Source: Myxococcales bacterium
Lineage (GTDB): Bacteria > Myxococcota > B64-G9
Assembly: GCA_012798435.1 (NCBI GenBank)
Contig: JAAZNF010000118.1
Span: forward strand, 1 to 64,000
Length of the DNA: 64,000 nt
Direction of reading: 5' to 3'
The notes beneath the pieces are model-generated. The model was not told where the DNA came from, ran no database searches, and saw only the letters and a list, made by a program, of their open reading frames with translations. A program made the translations under genes and the position numbers. Below are positions 16,707 to 28,326 of this stretch, in pieces. Numbering within the stretch: position 1 is the stretch's first letter; every line of letters starts with the position of its first letter.

Positions 16707-19700
16707 TCAATGGAAGTCGGGACAGCCCGGCACGGTGGCCGGGCAGACGGAGAGCCGCTGGATGCGGCCGGGGACACCGTCGACGCGGATGCGGGCCAGC
16801 ACGAACCGGCGCTGGGCGTCGGCGCCGAGCAGATCCTCTCGCGGATAGCCCGGAGCGTTCGGATCGAAGATCCCGGTGACCAGGCGGTAGGTTCCCGGGA
16901 CCGCGCCGGCCGGAAGCGAGAGGACGCGGCGCAGCTCGCGGCGCCGAGCCAGGAGGGGCCAGCGCTCGAACGGGATGGCCGGGTCGTAGTCGGCGTTCAC
17001 CACGATGGCATCGTTCTCGTCGACGAGGTGCAAGAAGATGCGGCGGCCGGCGGGGACGGGGCGTTCCAGCCACCACTCGGTCATGGTCTCGAACGAGAGG
17101 TCGCCGGTCTGGCGCAGCAGCACCAGGCGGGGCTCCGCCCGGGTCCGGTCCTCGAAACGCATCCCGTCGCCGCCCTCGATGGTGAGGGCGCCGAGCCGGA
17201 GGGCGTGGTCGGCCCGCTCGGTGACGATGGGCAGGCGGGGCCAGGGCGGGTCGGGATCGAACAGGCCCGCGATCACCTCGAAGGTGCCGCCCTGCGAGAA
17301 GGTCATGAGGTGTGGCCCATCGAGGATGGCCTGGCCGGTCTCCCAGGTCGCGGGCGAGGAGGGCGGCCCGTGATCGGCGTTGCTCACGATCACGCCCCCG
17401 GCGTCCACCCCGTGCAAGAAGACCTGGAGCCCGGCGGGCAGCGTCCCGCGCGGCTCGAGCGAGCGCCATTCCAGCGTGAGCCGCGCCGCGTCCGGGGGCA
17501 AAGGCTCGAACGAGACCACCCGCGCGCTCACCCGGTAGCGCAGGTCGGCGGGCTGCGGCGTCCCTGCGGGGAAATTCTCCGCCTCCAGCGTCCAGGTGTC
17601 GCGGTCGGTGCGGGTGCGCACCCCGCCGGAGAAGTCCGCCTCCTCGCGCATGAATCGGTCGTCGAGGAAGCGGTGGGCCGTCATGGCCTCGGTGGCGACG
17701 GCCTGGTGCAGGCGCGCCTGGCGGTTCGCCGTCCGCCGCGCCAGGGGATCGGCGGCGGCGGTGTCGAGACCGATCATGGGGACACCCGCCGCCAGCCAGG
17801 CGTGCAAGGCCGTCTCGCGCGCCTCGCCTTCCAGCACGGGCCAGGGGACCAGGATGGCATCATGGTATGAAAGTTCGAGGAGCGGCGCCGGGATCCCGAC
17901 CGGGGTGCCGTACACGGAATCGGCCCAGCGGTAGCGCCCGTCCGCCGCCTCGGGATCATAGGTTCGCAAATAGTTCGACCAGTAGATGTGGTCCAGGTGC
18001 GGCACGGCCCAGTCGGCCATCTGCTCGCTGGCGGTGAGGAGGCCGCGGCGGGACAGCTCCGCGAACATCTGCGCGCGGAAGGCCAGGCTCTCGGGGCGCC
18101 TCATGCGGTGGACGGCGTCGAAGCACTGGTCGGCGCTCACCGCCGTGAAGACGTCCAGGTACACCCCGCCCGGGACCACGCCGAGCGCTCCGAGCGCGTC
18201 ATAGTTGCGAATCAGGTACGGCAGCGCCCGGCTGGCGCACAGGATCTGTTGTGGGCCACCGGCCCAGAAGTCGATGACCGGCGGCAGCGAGCCGTCCCAT
18301 TGTTTGATGGCGTCCGTGCCGCCCGCGTACGACGGGGCGTCGAGGTAGAAGTCGCGGTAGTTGTCGTGCAACTCGAGCAGGAAGTCCTGCACCGGAGGGG
18401 TTCGCCCCAGGGCCTCGGCCATGGTGACGAAATCGGCCGTGCCTCCAGCCTGGGCGCACGGCCCGCAGTCCGGCGATCCGTCGGGAGCGGGCCGGCAGGG
18501 CGAGAGAGGATAGATGACGTCCGGGTGGAGGTTGTCGTAGCCGCGTTGTCCCCAGCCGTCCACGTGGACCACGCCGCGCACGATGGGCTCTTCGGCCGCG
18601 CTGGCGATGGCCACGGTCTTGGCCGCTACCTCCAGGAAGGAATCGCCGCAGTACATCCGGCCGCAGGGACACTGCGCCGGGTCGTCCGGCCGCGGGCAGG
18701 GGTGGTGCACGTCGTAGTAGCAGGTGCTGGCGGGGAAGAACACGCCGCCCAGCATCTTTTCGAGAGAGGGTTTGGCGGCTCGTTTTTCCGAAAGGGAGCG
18801 GAACCTCCCCGCTGCGCGGGCGAACTCGCGGTAGCGAAGCGCCAGGGTCGCATGGTCACCGCGATCGAAGGGAACGTACGACAGCTCGCGCCGCCCTCCA
18901 TCCCGGAACAGATCGAGCGCAGCGCGGAAGGTCGGGGTCACCCGCGGCGCCTCGCCGGTCACCTGGTGCACCCGCAGCGAGGCGTCGGCCTCGCCGTGCA
19001 CCACCACCAGCAGCGCCCGGCCGTCCGACTCCACCGCCCCGAACCACGGCATCCCCCATCCGGCGCTGGCTCCCTCCCATTCGGTGTGGAACACCGCCCG
19101 GCCGTCCTCGACGTACGACCAGATGCGGGTGGGAACCACCCAGCCCACCGGCAGCAGCAGGCCGTGCCAAAGCGGCAGCACAGCGTACCCGCTCCCGGGG
19201 ACCGAGAGCCGCGGCGCGTAGGGGAAGTACAGCCGGTCGAGATCCAGGCCGTAGTACTCGCCGTCGTTGACCGAGAGCCGGACGCGCACCTCGTCCGCGC
19301 CGGGCTCGAGGCACACCTCCCAGGTGAGGTCGATGTTCGTGTCCGCCAACGTACCCGGCGTGGCTTCGACGGGCAGCCGGGAGAAGACGGTGCGCGCGCA
19401 GCCGCGGTTCCCCTCCCACAGGGGGTTCTGCAGGATGCTGCGGGCGTCCGCCGGCGCGATGGTGCGCCACGGCCCCAGGTTGTCGCAGCGGCTCTCGCCG
19501 GCCTGGAGGATGCACACGATGTCGTGGTCCTCGGCATCCCGGTCCATGACCCAAGGGACACCGCCGATCCGGCCCACCTCCAGGCGGCCGTCGGGGCAGG
19601 CCCGGGCGAACACGCGGTCGTTCGCCACCCGCAGGCAGTTGCCATCCGCCTCTACGCTGACCCGCGCCACGCAGCGCGCGCGGCCGAGATCGCACGCCTG

Positions 19701-20513
19701 CTCCCGCTCGCAGTCGCCGTCGCTCGCGCAGCCGCAGACCCCGGCGATGCAGGCCTGGCCGGCTTCCGAGCCGCGGCAGTTCAGACAGGCTGGACCGCAG
19801 TGCGAGGCGCTGTCGCAAGCCCGGCACATCTCGGCATCGCACCACTCTCCGCCGGGGCAGGAGGTGCAGATCCCGCCACAGCCATCGTCGGCGCCGCCGC
19901 AGCGGCCCTGACAATCCGGCTGGCAACCGGTGCACCTGGCGTCTGCGCACACCTCGCCGCTCAGGCAGTCGGTGTCCGACAGGCAGCCGCAGGCCGCGTT
20001 CACGCAGGCGCGGTTGTTGCCCTGGACCTGGCAATCGAGACAGGCGGGGCCGCAATGCGCGGCGCTGTCGCAGGCCCGGCATCTCTCGGCATCGCACCAC
20101 TCTCCGCTGGGACAGGAGGTGCAGCTTCCGCCGCAGCCGTCGTCGGCACCGCCGCATCGTCCGCTACAATCCGGCACGCAGGCCTGGCAAGCGTTGGTGA
20201 GACACACCTCGCCGCGCTGGCATTCGGCTTCGCTGGTACAGCCGCAGACGCCAGCCACGCAGGCGCGGTTCGTGAGCCCGAGGGTGCAATCGCGGCAGTC
20301 GGCTCCGCAATGATTTGCCTGATCGCAGCGAAGGCAGCGGTCGCCGTCGCAGAACCACCCCGCCGGGCACCCCTCGCCGCAGCCGCGCGGCACGCAGCGG
20401 CCGTCTACGCAGATCAGCGTGCCGTCGCAATCGGTGTCGACCTCACAGGCCTCATCCTTGGGGCAGGCGGTGAGGAGCACGAGGGGCAATAAGCACAGGA
20501 GTCGTGCGGTCAT
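16707..20513 (-). CDS. Large lipoprotein (1268 aa) with N-terminal Myxococcus-type cysteine-rich repeats and an uncharacterised C-terminal domain of about 950 aa, possibly glycoside-hydrolase-like.
   Basis: Lipobox (LLTACPKDEA). Five or more tandem units of the form C..GCP.G..C....C..C....HCG..C..C. Long C-terminal region contains a VHVDGWGQRGYDNLHPD motif. An antisense shadow ORF (17988..20492 +) is rejected. Confidence 0.75.
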   Translation of the reverse strand: MTARLLCLLPLVLLTACPKDEACEVDTDCDGTLICVDGRCVPRGCGEGCPAGWFCDGDRCLRCDQANHCGADCRDCTLGLTNRACVAGVCGCTSEAECQRGEVCLTNACQACVPDCSGRCGGADDGCGGSCTSCPSGEWCDAERCRACDSAAHCGPACLDCQVQGNNRACVNAACGCLSDTDCLSGEVCADARCTGCQPDCQGRCGGADDGCGGICTSCPGGEWCDAEMCRACDSASHCGPACLNCRGSEAGQACIAGVCGCASDGDCEREQACDLGRARCVARVSVEADGNCLRVANDRVFARACPDGRLEVGRIGGVPWVMDRDAEDHDIVCILQAGESRCDNLGPWRTIAPADARSILQNPLWEGNRGCARTVFSRLPVEATPGTLADTNIDLTWEVCLEPGADEVRVRLSVNDGEYYGLDLDRLYFPYAPRLSVPGSGYAVLPLWHGLLLPVGWVVPTRIWSYVEDGRAVFHTEWEGASAGWGMPWFGAVESDGRALLVVVHGEADASLRVHQVTGEAPRVTPTFRAALDLFRDGGRRELSYVPFDRGDHATLALRYREFARAAGRFRSLSEKRAAKPSLEKMLGGVFFPASTCYYDVHHPCPRPDDPAQCPCGRMYCGDSFLEVAAKTVAIASAAEEPIVRGVVHVDGWGQRGYDNLHPDVIYPLSPCRPAPDGSPDCGPCAQAGGTADFVTMAEALGRTPPVQDFLLELHDNYRDFYLDAPSYAGGTDAIKQWDGSLPPVIDFWAGGPQQILCASRALPYLIRNYDALGALGVVPGGVYLDVFTAVSADQCFDAVHRMRRPESLAFRAQMFAELSRRGLLTASEQMADWAVPHLDHIYWSNYLRTYDPEAADGRYRWADSVYGTPVGIPAPLLELSYHDAILVPWPVLEGEARETALHAWLAAGVPMIGLDTAAADPLARRTANRQARLHQAVATEAMTAHRFLDDRFMREEADFSGGVRTRTDRDTWTLEAENFPAGTPQPADLRYRVSARVVSFEPLPPDAARLTLEWRSLEPRGTLPAGLQVFLHGVDAGGVIVSNADHGPPSSPATWETGQAILDGPHLMTFSQGGTFEVIAGLFDPDPPWPRLPIVTERADHALRLGALTIEGGDGMRFEDRTRAEPRLVLLRQTGDLSFETMTEWWLERPVPAGRRIFLHLVDENDAIVVNADYDPAIPFERWPLLARRRELRRVLSLPAGAVPGTYRLVTGIFDPNAPGYPREDLLGADAQRRFVLARIRVDGVPGRIQRLSVCPATVPGCPDFH

Positions 20514-20668
20514 GACGTCCCTCTCTTTCTAGGGCTAGCGTCGATTCTGCTCCAATTCGAGCACCTTGCGCAATCCAGACGCGCCAGCCGCTGCTATTTC
20601 TCGTGGACCCGCGGTCGATCGCGAGTGTACTTGACAGGGATGACCCCCTTGGGCATGGTCAGGCCGGC

Positions 20669-23113
<2,445 letters not shown>

Positions 23114-23215
23114 AGAAGATGGCCGAAAATCGCCTTGACACTCCCTTCCAAATCTGATTTTGATTCGGTCACGGTGAAGGGTTGGCACACTCCAAATCCT
23201 CCGAAGGTGAAACCC

Positions 23216-24370
23216 ATGAGGAACGTTCTCTCGGTCATGTGGATCGCGGTCCTTGGCGGGCTGCCTGCCGGGGCCCTGGCCTCGGCGTTCGATGACCACA
23301 CCAACTGGCAGCAGGAACCGATGCTGGAGACGGCGAAGCCCTTGTCTCTGGGACGTTCGGTCCTGGAGATGGGTACCGGCCTGCGCTATCTCAACAGTAC
23401 GGAATTTTTCAACTCCGGCGGCAAGATTCAGGAGGCGCCCTACAAGTACAACATCTACACCTGGGACTTCTTCATGCGTTTCGGCTTCACCGAGAACTGG
23501 ACCCTGTGGGCCAACCTGCCGGTGGTGTGGAGCGAGCTTTCCAACTACAAGGCCATCCAGCAGGACCGCCAACGCAAGACGAGCGGCAAGCTGGGCGATT
23601 CCGACGTGGGGGTGTTGTACCAGTTCTTCCACCATGCCGACCCGATGGTTTCCATGGCCTTCCAGATCCGCTGGCGGCTGCCCACCGGCGCCGAGGCGCC
23701 GGGCCAGCACGACGTGAACATCGCCGGCACCGGGCTCACCGACGTGGACATCTCCTACCTGGGGCGCATCCAGCCCTTCCGCAACCTGAGCCTGGGCTGG
23801 GGCCTGGGCTACAACATCCGCTTCCCGGGCGCGGTACAGTACATCAACGACCAGGCGCTGGACAGCTCGTTCACCAACAACAAGCTGGATCCCGGCGACG
23901 AGCTGTACGGCCAGGCCGACGTCACCGCGGCCATCGACTGGGTGTCTCTCCAGGTGCTGTTCCGCTTCATGTACCGGCTGCCCACCCAGATGGCGTCGCC
24001 GGAGTTCAAGTTCCAGACCATGAAGTGGAAACTCCCCAACGGCGAGGAGGTCTCCGAGGAGTACGTGGTGTTCAACGGGGCCACCTACCACGACCTGGAC
24101 GTGCGCGAGAAGCTACAACCGGCCGGCAAGCTGGTGAGCTCGGCCGGATACCTGTTCACCATACAGCCGCGCATCATCGTGCGCCCGGTGGACTGGCTGG
24201 ATCTCACCCTGTTCGCCAAGCTCTATCCCATCGGACAGAACAGCATCTACGTCCACAACAGCGCCGGCGACAACCCCAGCGTGGACAACTTCATGCCCAT
24301 GCAGGCCCTGGGCACCAAAATGGGGATCCTCCTGGGTGAGGTCGGGGGATCGCTGACCTACCGCTGGTAG
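23216..24370 (+). CDS. Outer-membrane beta-barrel protein (transporter-like).
   Basis: Signal peptide (MRNVLSVMWIAVLGGLPAGALASA). Alternating aromatic/hydrophilic beta-strand pattern. C-terminal ...LTYRW. Confidence 0.55.
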   Translation: MRNVLSVMWIAVLGGLPAGALASAFDDHTNWQQEPMLETAKPLSLGRSVLEMGTGLRYLNSTEFFNSGGKIQEAPYKYNIYTWDFFMRFGFTENWTLWANLPVVWSELSNYKAIQQDRQRKTSGKLGDSDVGVLYQFFHHADPMVSMAFQIRWRLPTGAEAPGQHDVNIAGTGLTDVDISYLGRIQPFRNLSLGWGLGYNIRFPGAVQYINDQALDSSFTNNKLDPGDELYGQADVTAAIDWVSLQVLFRFMYRLPTQMASPEFKFQTMKWKLPNGEEVSEEYVVFNGATYHDLDVREKLQPAGKLVSSAGYLFTIQPRIIVRPVDWLDLTLFAKLYPIGQNSIYVHNSAGDNPSVDNFMPMQALGTKMGILLGEVGGSLTYRW

Positions 24371-24397
24371 GCGGCCATCCGGTCAAGCGGAGGAATC

Positions 24398-27300
24398 ATG
24401 CGCAGCCAGAGAATCTTCGCCCTTTGCGCCCTGTTCGGCCTGCTCGCCGCCACGCCCTCGGCGGAGGCGGGCTTCTACAAGCGGGGTCACTGGTACTACG
24501 ACGCCAGCTACCCCGATGTGGAGTGGCTCAGCGTCGACACCGAGCACTTCGTCATCCACTACTACCCGGAGATCGAGTTCACCGCGCGGATGATGGCCAA
24601 GTACGCCGAGATCATGTACCCCAAGGTCACCGGCATGTTCGACTTCCCCCTCAAGGAGAAGGTGCACATCATCCTGCGCGACCAGGAGGAGAACGCCAAC
24701 GGCTTCGCGGTGTACAACAGCGACTGGGTGACGGTGTGGGCCACCCCGCTGTACTACCCGCTGCGCGGGCGCCAGGAGTGGATCCCCGACTGCGTCACCC
24801 ACGAGTTCACCCACATCGTCTCGCTCAAGGCCCAGGACTGGAAGTCCGAGGCCGCCTTCATCGTGCTGGCCTCGGGGCTCATCGAGGACGGCACCCACAA
24901 CCTGGACATCGGGGCCCAGGTGCTGATCGGCTTCAACGAGCCTTACTGGTGGGCCGAGGGCGTGGCCGAGTACGGTGCGCACATGGCGGGCTTCAACTGG
25001 TGGACCACCGCCCGCGACATGATGCAGCGCTCGAGCTTTTTGGAGGACAACTACCTCACCTACCACGAGATGTTCACCCCCGGCAACAAGGACTCGGGCT
25101 TCGACCGCGAGCGCGGCTACCAGCAGGGCTACGCCACCGCGCTCTACGTCATGGAGAAGTTCGGCAAGGAGCAGTTCGCCCAGCTCGCCGTCAACTCGGG
25201 CAAGAAGGGCCACCTGTCCTGGGACAAGAACATCGAGGACGTGCTCGGAATCGACGGCCAGACGCTGTACGAGGGCTGGGTCAAGTGGATGAAGGAGCGC
25301 TACGATCGCCAGGTCGAGCCCATCCGCAAGGCCGAGCACGTGGGGCGCGACCTGACCCGCACCAGCCGCGGCGAGGAGGTCGACGTGGTGGAGCGTCTGC
25401 CGGACGGGCGCTGGAAGATGGAGCTGGGCCGGCGCCACTTCCCCGATCCCCCGCCCCTGGACGAGGAGGAAGCCAAGGCCCAGGAGGAGGACCGCAAGGC
25501 CGAGCAGAAGCCCCGCTACGAGTACTGGGACAAGAAGCGGCGCAAGCGCTTCTTCGAGAAGGACGGCAACTGGAACATGCTGCCCAAGGCCTCGCCGGAC
25601 GGGCGCTTCACCGCTTTCGGAACCCGCAAGGGCATCATGGTGTACCCCATCGGCGCCGACGAGTGGCCGACCTTCTCCGGGCACTACCTCAACAGCAAGC
25701 GCGCCGAACAGGCGGCGGAGAACCTCAAGCTGGTCCCCGAGGCGTCGGTGTTCAACGGCTACGACTTCAGCCCCGACAGCCGCAAGATCATCTACTCCTC
25801 GATCGGGTGCCCGAACAGCTGGGCGCCCTGCGTCAGCATGGACGGCTACTACCGCTACGACCTCTACACCTTCGACATCTTCACCGAGGAGGTGGAGCGC
25901 CTGACCCGCCGGCTGCGGGCCATCGCGCCGGCCTATTCGCCGGACGGCAAATGGATCGCCTTCGTGCGCATCGAGGACGGCCAGAACTGGCTGGGCGTGT
26001 TCCCGGCCGACGCCCGCGACGTGGCCGCGGACGGGACCTGCACCATCAACGGCCAGGAGCGGAAGGACTGCATCACCTGGCTCATCAAGCGGCGCGACGG
26101 CACCCAGCTGGGCGCCCCCAGCTGGAGCCCGGACTCGCAGAAGATCGTCATCGACCTCTATCGCAACCGCCAGCAGGACGTGTGGCTGGTGAACGCCGAC
26201 GGCAGCGGTCTTCAGCCGCTCACCTGGGATCGGGCCGAGGACCGGGACAGCCTGTTCACCCGGGACGGCAAGCACGTTCTCTACATCTCCGACCGCACCG
26301 GCATCTACAACGCCTACATCATGGACCTCGAGACCCGCAAGGTCACTCAGCTCACCAACGTGACCAACGGCGTGTTCACGCCCTTCCTCACTCCCGCCGG
26401 CAACCTGATGTACGCCTACTTCACCTCCTACGGCCTGCGCGTCTACGGGCACCACCGCGACAACTTCTACAACCAGCCGGTCGAGGCGGGCTACGACGTG
26501 ACCCCGGAGGAGGTGGCGCGCTTTTTGGCCTACGAGGAGCCGCTGCCGGAGATCCGCGACAAGAGCTACTCCTACAACCCCTTCTCGCCCAAGAACTGGA
26601 TGCCCATCGAGGGCATCCCGCTGTTCATCTACGAGCGCAAGGGCACCGAGATCGGCGTGCAGACCGTGCTGGCCGACTACCTGGAGAAGCACCGCATGAT
26701 CGCCACGGTGCTACTGGGCCAGCAGATGCTCTACGCCGTCAACTACACCAACAACTTCTGGTACCCGTCGTTCTTCATCGACTGGGCCCACGCGGACTTC
26801 GCCTTCGAGTTCACCCAGCAGATCCCCACCGGCGGGCCCTTCCCCACCAACGTGACGCCCCACTTCGGCGCTCCGCTGGTGTACAAGGGCCGCCAGTCGG
26901 TGGACTGGGGCGAGGCGGGCATGGAGCTGGTGTTCAACGACCTGTGGTGGATCGATCTCATGTACAAGTACCGCTACTACGCTTCCACCGAGGCCACCGC
27001 CAACCAGGCCCGCGCCTCGGCCTTCCTCACCAACAACAGCTATGGCATCGAGATGTACTACAACGGGATCAACCCGTACGCCGCCGAGGGCGACGTGAAC
27101 CCGCGCGGCCGCTCGCTGGCCATCGAGTACTGGTTCACCCGCACCGGTTTGCCCACCCGCCAGTTCGCGGACGTGGAGTGGCTGGGGCGCACCAACCCGC
27201 CGGGGGACTCGTCGGACGACTATACCCTCCACGAGATCCAGGTGGGCTACCGCGAGGCCATCCCCATCATGTGGTGGAACGACCAGGGCGACCACACCCT

Positions 27301-27943
27301 GGAGTTCAACTTCCGCGCCGGCTGGCAGAACCGCAACGTGTTCCGCTGGGACGAGTTCTTCGGCGGCTCTTTGCACCCGCAGCGCTTCGTGCCCACCCAG
27401 TCCACCACCAACGAGTTCGCCGGCTACCCACCCTTCTCCATCTCGGGCGAAACCATGCTGATCTTCAGCATGAACTACCGCTTCCCGTTCTGGCGTAAGA
27501 TCGACAAGATGTTCGGGCCCTTCTACTTCGCCTCGCTGTGGGGCGAGGTGTCGTTCACCGCCGGTAACCTGTGGGGCTACACCGCCGACTACGTGCACGA
27601 TCGCTACGGCAACATCCAGCGCAACGGCGAGAGCTACTGGGATCCGGCGGTCCAGCCAGGGACGGTGCGGCGCGAGGTCCCGTTCGTGGACGTGTCGGCC
27701 AAGAACGGCAACTACATGTTGTACGACGTGGGCTTCACCCTCAAGCTCAAGGCCTACATGTTCGGCTACATCGGCTGGAACAGCTTCATCCGGGTGGCCT
27801 ACCCGTTCAACACCATCAACGGGGCGGTGGACGTCAACAACGACGACGTGTTCGTCGACGCCTTCCCCAACGACGCCTTGAAGGCCGAAGTCAAGCGCAA
27901 GGCCCTGCGCTTCTCCATCGGCATCGGCTCGGACTTCGACTGA
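24398..27943 (+). CDS. Large secreted or outer-membrane-associated protein (1181 aa): N-terminal HExxH (zincin-like) region, TolB-like PD40 beta-propeller repeats, aromatic-rich C-terminal region.
   Basis: Signal peptide (LFGLLAATPSAEA). HEFTH motif. Repeated SPDG.../DG..LY units. Charged KR/E linker. Confidence 0.7.
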   Translation: MRSQRIFALCALFGLLAATPSAEAGFYKRGHWYYDASYPDVEWLSVDTEHFVIHYYPEIEFTARMMAKYAEIMYPKVTGMFDFPLKEKVHIILRDQEENANGFAVYNSDWVTVWATPLYYPLRGRQEWIPDCVTHEFTHIVSLKAQDWKSEAAFIVLASGLIEDGTHNLDIGAQVLIGFNEPYWWAEGVAEYGAHMAGFNWWTTARDMMQRSSFLEDNYLTYHEMFTPGNKDSGFDRERGYQQGYATALYVMEKFGKEQFAQLAVNSGKKGHLSWDKNIEDVLGIDGQTLYEGWVKWMKERYDRQVEPIRKAEHVGRDLTRTSRGEEVDVVERLPDGRWKMELGRRHFPDPPPLDEEEAKAQEEDRKAEQKPRYEYWDKKRRKRFFEKDGNWNMLPKASPDGRFTAFGTRKGIMVYPIGADEWPTFSGHYLNSKRAEQAAENLKLVPEASVFNGYDFSPDSRKIIYSSIGCPNSWAPCVSMDGYYRYDLYTFDIFTEEVERLTRRLRAIAPAYSPDGKWIAFVRIEDGQNWLGVFPADARDVAADGTCTINGQERKDCITWLIKRRDGTQLGAPSWSPDSQKIVIDLYRNRQQDVWLVNADGSGLQPLTWDRAEDRDSLFTRDGKHVLYISDRTGIYNAYIMDLETRKVTQLTNVTNGVFTPFLTPAGNLMYAYFTSYGLRVYGHHRDNFYNQPVEAGYDVTPEEVARFLAYEEPLPEIRDKSYSYNPFSPKNWMPIEGIPLFIYERKGTEIGVQTVLADYLEKHRMIATVLLGQQMLYAVNYTNNFWYPSFFIDWAHADFAFEFTQQIPTGGPFPTNVTPHFGAPLVYKGRQSVDWGEAGMELVFNDLWWIDLMYKYRYYASTEATANQARASAFLTNNSYGIEMYYNGINPYAAEGDVNPRGRSLAIEYWFTRTGLPTRQFADVEWLGRTNPPGDSSDDYTLHEIQVGYREAIPIMWWNDQGDHTLEFNFRAGWQNRNVFRWDEFFGGSLHPQRFVPTQSTTNEFAGYPPFSISGETMLIFSMNYRFPFWRKIDKMFGPFYFASLWGEVSFTAGNLWGYTADYVHDRYGNIQRNGESYWDPAVQPGTVRREVPFVDVSAKNGNYMLYDVGFTLKLKAYMFGYIGWNSFIRVAYPFNTINGAVDVNNDDVFVDAFPNDALKAEVKRKALRFSIGIGSDFD

Positions 27944-28075
27944 GCCAGACCCGCGGACCATCCTTCATCTCCCCCGCCCGCCGGACCGTCATCTCAGACG
28001 GTTGCGATCCGAGTTGACAGCCTCCGACGTCGTTTCCACCGATGCATATCCCCTTTGCTGCGGTTGCTACCAGGC

Positions 28076-28203
28076 GTAGCCTCCGCTCGGCTTGCGCTGT
28101 CAAGGGCCTTCGGTCCCTTCGGGATTCGCTTCGCTCGCCCTCGACGGCGGTCGGGCTTCGGCTGAAATCGCTAATGTGAGAAGCATGCAGGAATGCTTCT
28201 CCT
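28076..28203 (+). repeat. Copy B of the dispersed structured repeat.
   Basis: GTAGCCTCCGCTCGGCTTGCGCTGTCAAGGG ... CCCTCGACGGCGGTCGGGCTTCGGCTGAAATCGCTAatgtGAGAAGCATGcaggaATGCTTCTCC. Confidence 0.7.
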
Positions 28204-28326
28204 TGTCCAGGAAGACCCAATTCATAGGAGGCGATGTGCAGTTCGCAAGCCGCACAGACTCGGCCGAGATGCCGGGTCGCTCGGACGCGGGTTGTGCGCC
28301 GATGCGAGGTGTGCCACGATTCCGAC

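Noticed and set aside
23114-23215. A TGGCAC hexamer upstream of the OM beta-barrel gene that might be a sigma-54 -24 element.
   Set aside because: The downstream -12 position reads AAATC, not TTGC, and the spacing is wrong. I did not call it a promoter.
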